NCBI GenBank assembly: GCA_002441005.1
Contig: DJWO01000009.1
Span: 402,226 to 466,225 of the forward strand
Source: Candidatus Aminicenantes bacterium UBA6228
Lineage (GTDB): Bacteria > Acidobacteriota > Aminicenantia > Aminicenantales > Saccharicenantaceae
Reading direction: 5' to 3'
DNA: 64,000 nt
Position 1 is the first letter of the stretch, and every line of letters starts with the position of its first letter. Below the pieces are notes generated by a model. That model was given only the letters and a program-made list of their open reading frames with translations. It was not told the origin of the DNA and searched no databases. Positions 59,997-64,000 of the stretch are shown piece by piece. Made by a program: the position numbers and the translations under genes.

Positions 59997-62258
59997 TTTT
60001 TGTCTTCGAGCCTGCCTGGTCTCAATTGATAATAAAACAAAATCGCTGGCCGGAATGGTGACCATCAGACTCTTTAAAGTGCTGGCTTTTCCCGCCTGAA
60101 GGATTTCTCCCGTAGTCTCATTTTTGATTTCGTATTTCTCCTGGGGATCAAGATTTAAAGGAATGACACTTATCCGGCGAGGAGAATCGCTGTGATTGAC
60201 AATGGCTAAATTTCTGGATTCGCCATTAACTGACTCGGCCAGATCAAATTCCTCACTCAAACCGAGCACCTCAAACTCTCTTTTGACCCCATATTCACCA
60301 AGAACCAGGTCGATTAAATCACGGACTAAATCCGGGCAGTCTCTTACTGCTTCTCGCAGGCTCAGCGGAAAAGTATAACACCATCCCTGACCAAAATGGT
60401 TAGCCAGGATAGCGGCTCCGCCGTCTTCAAAAGAAGCTAAGACTGTGGCCGTGATCGGCTGCCAGGAGGCGGCTTGAGCCGGGAGCAAGTTAAAAATTCT
60501 ATCCTTTTGAGCTCTTGTCCCCAGCGGCTCTTCTATCTTAACCCAATGGTGAAGCTTGGCCTGCTTTTCCCGACCCCCGACGAGTTCCTCACGCTCAAAT
60601 TTATCCCCATAAGGAATAGCCGGGCCAAAGAGGACAGCCACACCGCCCTGTTCCACAAACTCCTTTAGCATCTGGCTATCGGGATCCTGCATCCCGGCAA
60701 TATCGCTGAGAACAAGCACATAGTGATTTTTTAGCAGAAACTCCAGCTGTTCTTCATTCGGATGGTAAGGATAATAAGGCAGAACTTCTTCTCCCCGCCG
60801 GGGAATAAAGGGCAGGAGATCAGGACTCAGGCCAAGAGACCGGAAGGCATCAAGGGCAGGAACCACCGTTGTTGTCCAGCGGTCAGCCCACCAGTCATTA
60901 TAAGGAATATAAAGACCAAGGTGGCTTGAATCCCTGGCCGCTTTTTTAGTTATCAAGGAAAAAGCCTTCAGGCCCTTTTCCACTCCGGTTCTGGATTCCT
61001 TAGCGACCGGCCTGGTTTTGGCATAATCATAGATATTATAATGATAGGTAAAGAAAACAATCCCCTCGGGGCCGAAAGCGCTGGCCGCACTCAACATTTG
61101 ACGATAAATGTCCTCCGGGGAAGCTAAATAAGAATGGTCAAAATCTTTCTCCAGATAACCAAACAATTCAACGTGGGACAAAGTTATCTTATCCCTGACC
61201 ATGGTCGCTCCCGCCGACAGGCTGGCAAAATCTTTCACCCGCCGGTATGGAAAGCAGCGGCGGTTATCCTTCCGGTAGGAAGCCATCACCGCTCCCTGAT
61301 AAATCACTATATCCAGGTCATCAATGGCGGCTAAATAACCGGCTAAGAGCGGATCGTCTATATAAGGAGCGCAGGCGGTGAGAAGCCCTCTATCCAGAGC
61401 TTTGACCGCCGAGCAAAATTCTCTCATCTGCCAGACTAAATAAGTCCCGCTTCCTTCCTGATAATTGTAAAAACCAGCCAGAGCTGGTTCGTCACCATAG
61501 AGATTCCAGAGTTCGTTTATTATCTTTTTGGTACTGTCCAGACATTCGCTATAAGGCATATTACGGGTCAGGTCCCAGCTCACACTGAGTAAGGCCGTCA
61601 GGCCATATTCAGCCGCCAGTTTCAGGGCCAGGCCGATTCTATCTTCAGGGCTTCCAGCCACGGCCGGCTTCAGGCAGACTGCCGAAGGATAGTAAGCCTG
61701 GTCAGCAGTAATAATACTGTGAATGATAACCAGATTACCGCCTAAGCTTTTAAATTCGTCAAAATAAGCATTCATATCTTTTTCCAGGCCTTCAGCTGGA
61801 AAACTGCTCAAGATCGTAAAATCTCCGACCAGGCTTCCCAGAAGAAAGCATCCTTTGCTGGCAGTTTTTTGCTGGCCCCGGGCAGCAGTCAACGTCACGG
61901 TATACAGTCCTTCTGGGGAGTCAGAAGCCAGCTCAATTTCTCCCCGGAATTTTCTGGCAGCCGTCTCTTCCTCTTCTGACCTGATCTCAGTCATTTTCAA
62001 GCTTTTCTGGCCCTGGCCCGGGATAAGCAGTCTGGCCTCGATTTTAACCTGGCCAGCTTTTTTCGTCCGGATGGTTGATTCGACAACCACCGTTTCTCCA
62101 GGAGTAGCCCTAAAGGGCGAGACCCGGGTTTCTACGATGAGATCGGAAGGCTGGGCAGTTTGATTTGAATTATCCTGTCCGCAGGTCACTAAAAAGCAGG
62201 CCAGGGTAAAAAGCCAAAAGACCGGTTTAAGACTTTTTTTCATTGTTCGCCGCCTCAA
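59988..62258 (-). CDS. Large secreted lipoprotein (756 aa), possibly a glycoside-hydrolase-like TIM-barrel protein
   Basis: Signal peptide with lipobox-like LVTCGQ. No motif I can name with confidence. Confidence 0.35.
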   Translation of the reverse strand: MRRRTMKKSLKPVFWLFTLACFLVTCGQDNSNQTAQPSDLIVETRVSPFRATPGETVVVESTIRTKKAGQVKIEARLLIPGQGQKSLKMTEIRSEEEETAARKFRGEIELASDSPEGLYTVTLTAARGQQKTASKGCFLLGSLVGDFTILSSFPAEGLEKDMNAYFDEFKSLGGNLVIIHSIITADQAYYPSAVCLKPAVAGSPEDRIGLALKLAAEYGLTALLSVSWDLTRNMPYSECLDSTKKIINELWNLYGDEPALAGFYNYQEGSGTYLVWQMREFCSAVKALDRGLLTACAPYIDDPLLAGYLAAIDDLDIVIYQGAVMASYRKDNRRCFPYRRVKDFASLSAGATMVRDKITLSHVELFGYLEKDFDHSYLASPEDIYRQMLSAASAFGPEGIVFFTYHYNIYDYAKTRPVAKESRTGVEKGLKAFSLITKKAARDSSHLGLYIPYNDWWADRWTTTVVPALDAFRSLGLSPDLLPFIPRRGEEVLPYYPYHPNEEQLEFLLKNHYVLVLSDIAGMQDPDSQMLKEFVEQGGVAVLFGPAIPYGDKFEREELVGGREKQAKLHHWVKIEEPLGTRAQKDRIFNLLPAQAASWQPITATVLASFEDGGAAILANHFGQGWCYTFPLSLREAVRDCPDLVRDLIDLVLGEYGVKREFEVLGLSEEFDLAESVNGESRNLAIVNHSDSPRRISVIPLNLDPQEKYEIKNETTGEILQAGKASTLKSLMVTIPASDFVLLSIETRQARRQKSD

Positions 62259-62530
62259 AGTTTTATTAAAATTATTTTAAAAGTCTTCATTCCTGCCCCC
62301 TAACTTTATATTTCATTTAGCTTTTCAGAACAACAATTTTTTGTTTCTCACTTTATCGATAACTCCGTCTTCCCAATTTAGAGTCTCACTCGCCGGGCTT
62401 AAAAAAATCAAAATAAAGGCCGTTCTTCACCTGTTTCATTTTCAACAGGTACCAGTCTTTGATTTGAACTTTATTTACCTTGATTATAATAGTAGGATAA
62501 ATTCTCTGATAAACTCAAAGGAACCGGAGA

Positions 62531-63388
62531 ATGAACTGGTTATTTCTGGTCTTAGCCATCGCTGGCTATGTGGCCATGAACTTCGTCATGAAACTGGGAA
62601 GCCTGCAGGGATTAAACTCTTCAGAGCTCACCGGCAGTCTCTTCGCTTCGGCTTCATTCTATTGCTTGCTGATTTTAATTTTTAGCGGGCAGGCGTTAAA
62701 TTTTACTCCAGCGGTTATATTACTGGCTGTGGCTGGCGGCGCTGGCGGAGCCGTAGCTTATTTTTTCTTTCTTCAGGCTTTAAAGATTGGAAGTTACGCT
62801 CTGACCATTTCCATCTACACCATGACCTTTCTCACCCCGGTTATCTTTTCGATCATTTTCTGGGACAGACAGGTTACGACTTTAATTGCGCTGGGAATTT
62901 TATTGATCATTGCCGGGATCATTCTGATCTCCCTGGCTGGCTCAACTCCCGAAAGCCAGAAATCCGGGCTCTTTCTAAAATGGCTCGTCTTCCTGACCGC
63001 GACTTTTTTTCTGACCGGGATTCCTCAAATCTCTCAGGCGGCAGCAGTGCGCCTGGCTGAGATCAATTTATGGTCATATCTTTTCATAACTTTTCTAGCC
63101 GGGGCCCTGGTTTTTATGATTTATCTGTCTGTAAAAAAAGTCCGGCTGCCCCGAAAAGCCTTTTCTTTTGGCGCTCTGGCGGCGGCGGGCAGTGTGGCCG
63201 GGAATTTCTTTACGATGAGAGCCCTAACCGGATTGCCAGAGCCAGTTGTTTTTCCCGTTATCCAGGCCGGCCCGATCATCGCTGCCGTTATTCTGTCACT
63301 GGCTTATTTTAAAGAAAAAATTAAGCCCGGAGCTTATTTCGGGATCATGCTGGGACTGGCCGGCATTGTCCTTTTGACCTTGAAGTAA
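62531..63388 (+). CDS. DMT-superfamily (EamA-like) 10-TM transporter
   Basis: Two five-TM repeats. Hydropathy only. Confidence 0.4.
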   Translation: MNWLFLVLAIAGYVAMNFVMKLGSLQGLNSSELTGSLFASASFYCLLILIFSGQALNFTPAVILLAVAGGAGGAVAYFFFLQALKIGSYALTISIYTMTFLTPVIFSIIFWDRQVTTLIALGILLIIAGIILISLAGSTPESQKSGLFLKWLVFLTATFFLTGIPQISQAAAVRLAEINLWSYLFITFLAGALVFMIYLSVKKVRLPRKAFSFGALAAAGSVAGNFFTMRALTGLPEPVVFPVIQAGPIIAAVILSLAYFKEKIKPGAYFGIMLGLAGIVLLTLK

Positions 63389-63634
63389 ACAGGCCTTTAA
63401 ATTGTCAACAGATCCCAGGGGAGTTAAAAAATGAGCAGTGAACAATGGCCTGAGAAGCTCTTCAAAAATTTTGCCCGCCAGTATGAGCAGCAGCCATTTA
63501 CTCAGGGGACGGCCGGCGAGTGCGATTTTATAAAAAAAGAAATAGATTTTGATTTTACTTGTTGGACTTTTTTAATAAAATCATAAGCATCAGAAGATAG
63601 GCATTTTGATTTTAGTCAGGAAGGAGAGGCGCCA

Positions 63635-64000
63635 TCAGATGAATATCTTAGAAATAATTCTCAAGCTAATTCTGGCTATTGCTCTTGGCGGGCTGATCGG
63701 CCTGGAAAGAGAAGCCAGCCAGAAACCGGCCGGGTTCCGGACCAATATCATGGTTTGCCTCGGCTCAGCCATGATGATGAGTATGGCTGCCGGGCTCATC
63801 AAAGGCAGCAGTGCTTCTCCTGATTCTTTAATCAGGATGGCCGCCGGGGTGGTCACTGGCATTGGTTTTCTAGGGGCGGGGACAATTATCCATGCCCAGG
63901 GGGCGGTCATCGGACTGACAACAGCTTCAACTCTCTGGGTGGTAGCCGGACTCGGACTGATCATCGGAGCTGGCTATTATATTCCGGCCATAATTTTTAC
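63635..64000 (+). CDS. mgtC: MgtC/SapB-family membrane protein, 3'-truncated by the window edge
   Basis: ILKLILAIALGGLIGLEREASQKPAGFRTNIMVCLGSAMMM is the MgtC signature N-terminus. The ORF is open to nt 64000. Confidence 0.7.

Noticed and set aside
63431-63586. 51-aa ORF (MSSEQWPEKLFKNF...) between the DMT transporter and mgtC
   Set aside because: Short, with no RBS that I could see and no recognisable motif. Insufficient support.

Overview
Bacterial chromosomal window of about 50% GC. It is densely packed with housekeeping genes and carries one accessory-looking cell-envelope block. No CRISPR array, rRNA, integrase or transposase was seen, and no single region stands out as a self-evident new system; the findings are ranked by how much each deserves follow-up. 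Gene order follows a Firmicutes-like layout: valS' (5'-truncated by the window edge), birA, coaX, rnr; a tRNA-Val followed by thrS, infC, rpmI, rplT, pheS, pheT, a ZapB-like gene and zapA; then rny, ymdB, xseA, xseB, ispA, dxs, tlyA and nadK. The same organism has diderm hallmarks: LptD, a Wza/Wzc/CpsB polysaccharide-export cluster with an O-antigen-ligase-family protein, several C-terminal-Phe outer-membrane beta-barrels, and a porin heading pstSCAB-phoU. Other calls include glgA-trxA, a split atpZ-atpI-atpB-atpE operon, a GH5 cellulase co-transcribed with a 3-methyladenine glycosylase, purF, enolase, a neutral-ceramidase-like hydrolase, and an MgtC fragment at the right edge. The most unusual coding content is a minus-strand operon: COG2403 P-loop protein, carbamate kinase, ornithine carbamoyltransferase, then a 705-aa unrecognisable protein with a Glu/Lys-rich disordered tail. 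It runs convergent with a stand-alone SelB C-terminal protein (domain III plus winged helices, no GTPase). Notable signals are an AUU start for infC, and an infC 3' end that overlaps rpmI by about 80 nt. There is a four-unit Pho box (TT[ATC]AC, 11-bp phasing) over the -35 of the porin-pst promoter, and an orphan PhoB-type regulator with no kinase nearby. A perfect inverted repeat sits upstream of the carbamate-kinase operon, and a zapA-rny spacer of about 185 nt with long-range pairing could hold a structured RNA.
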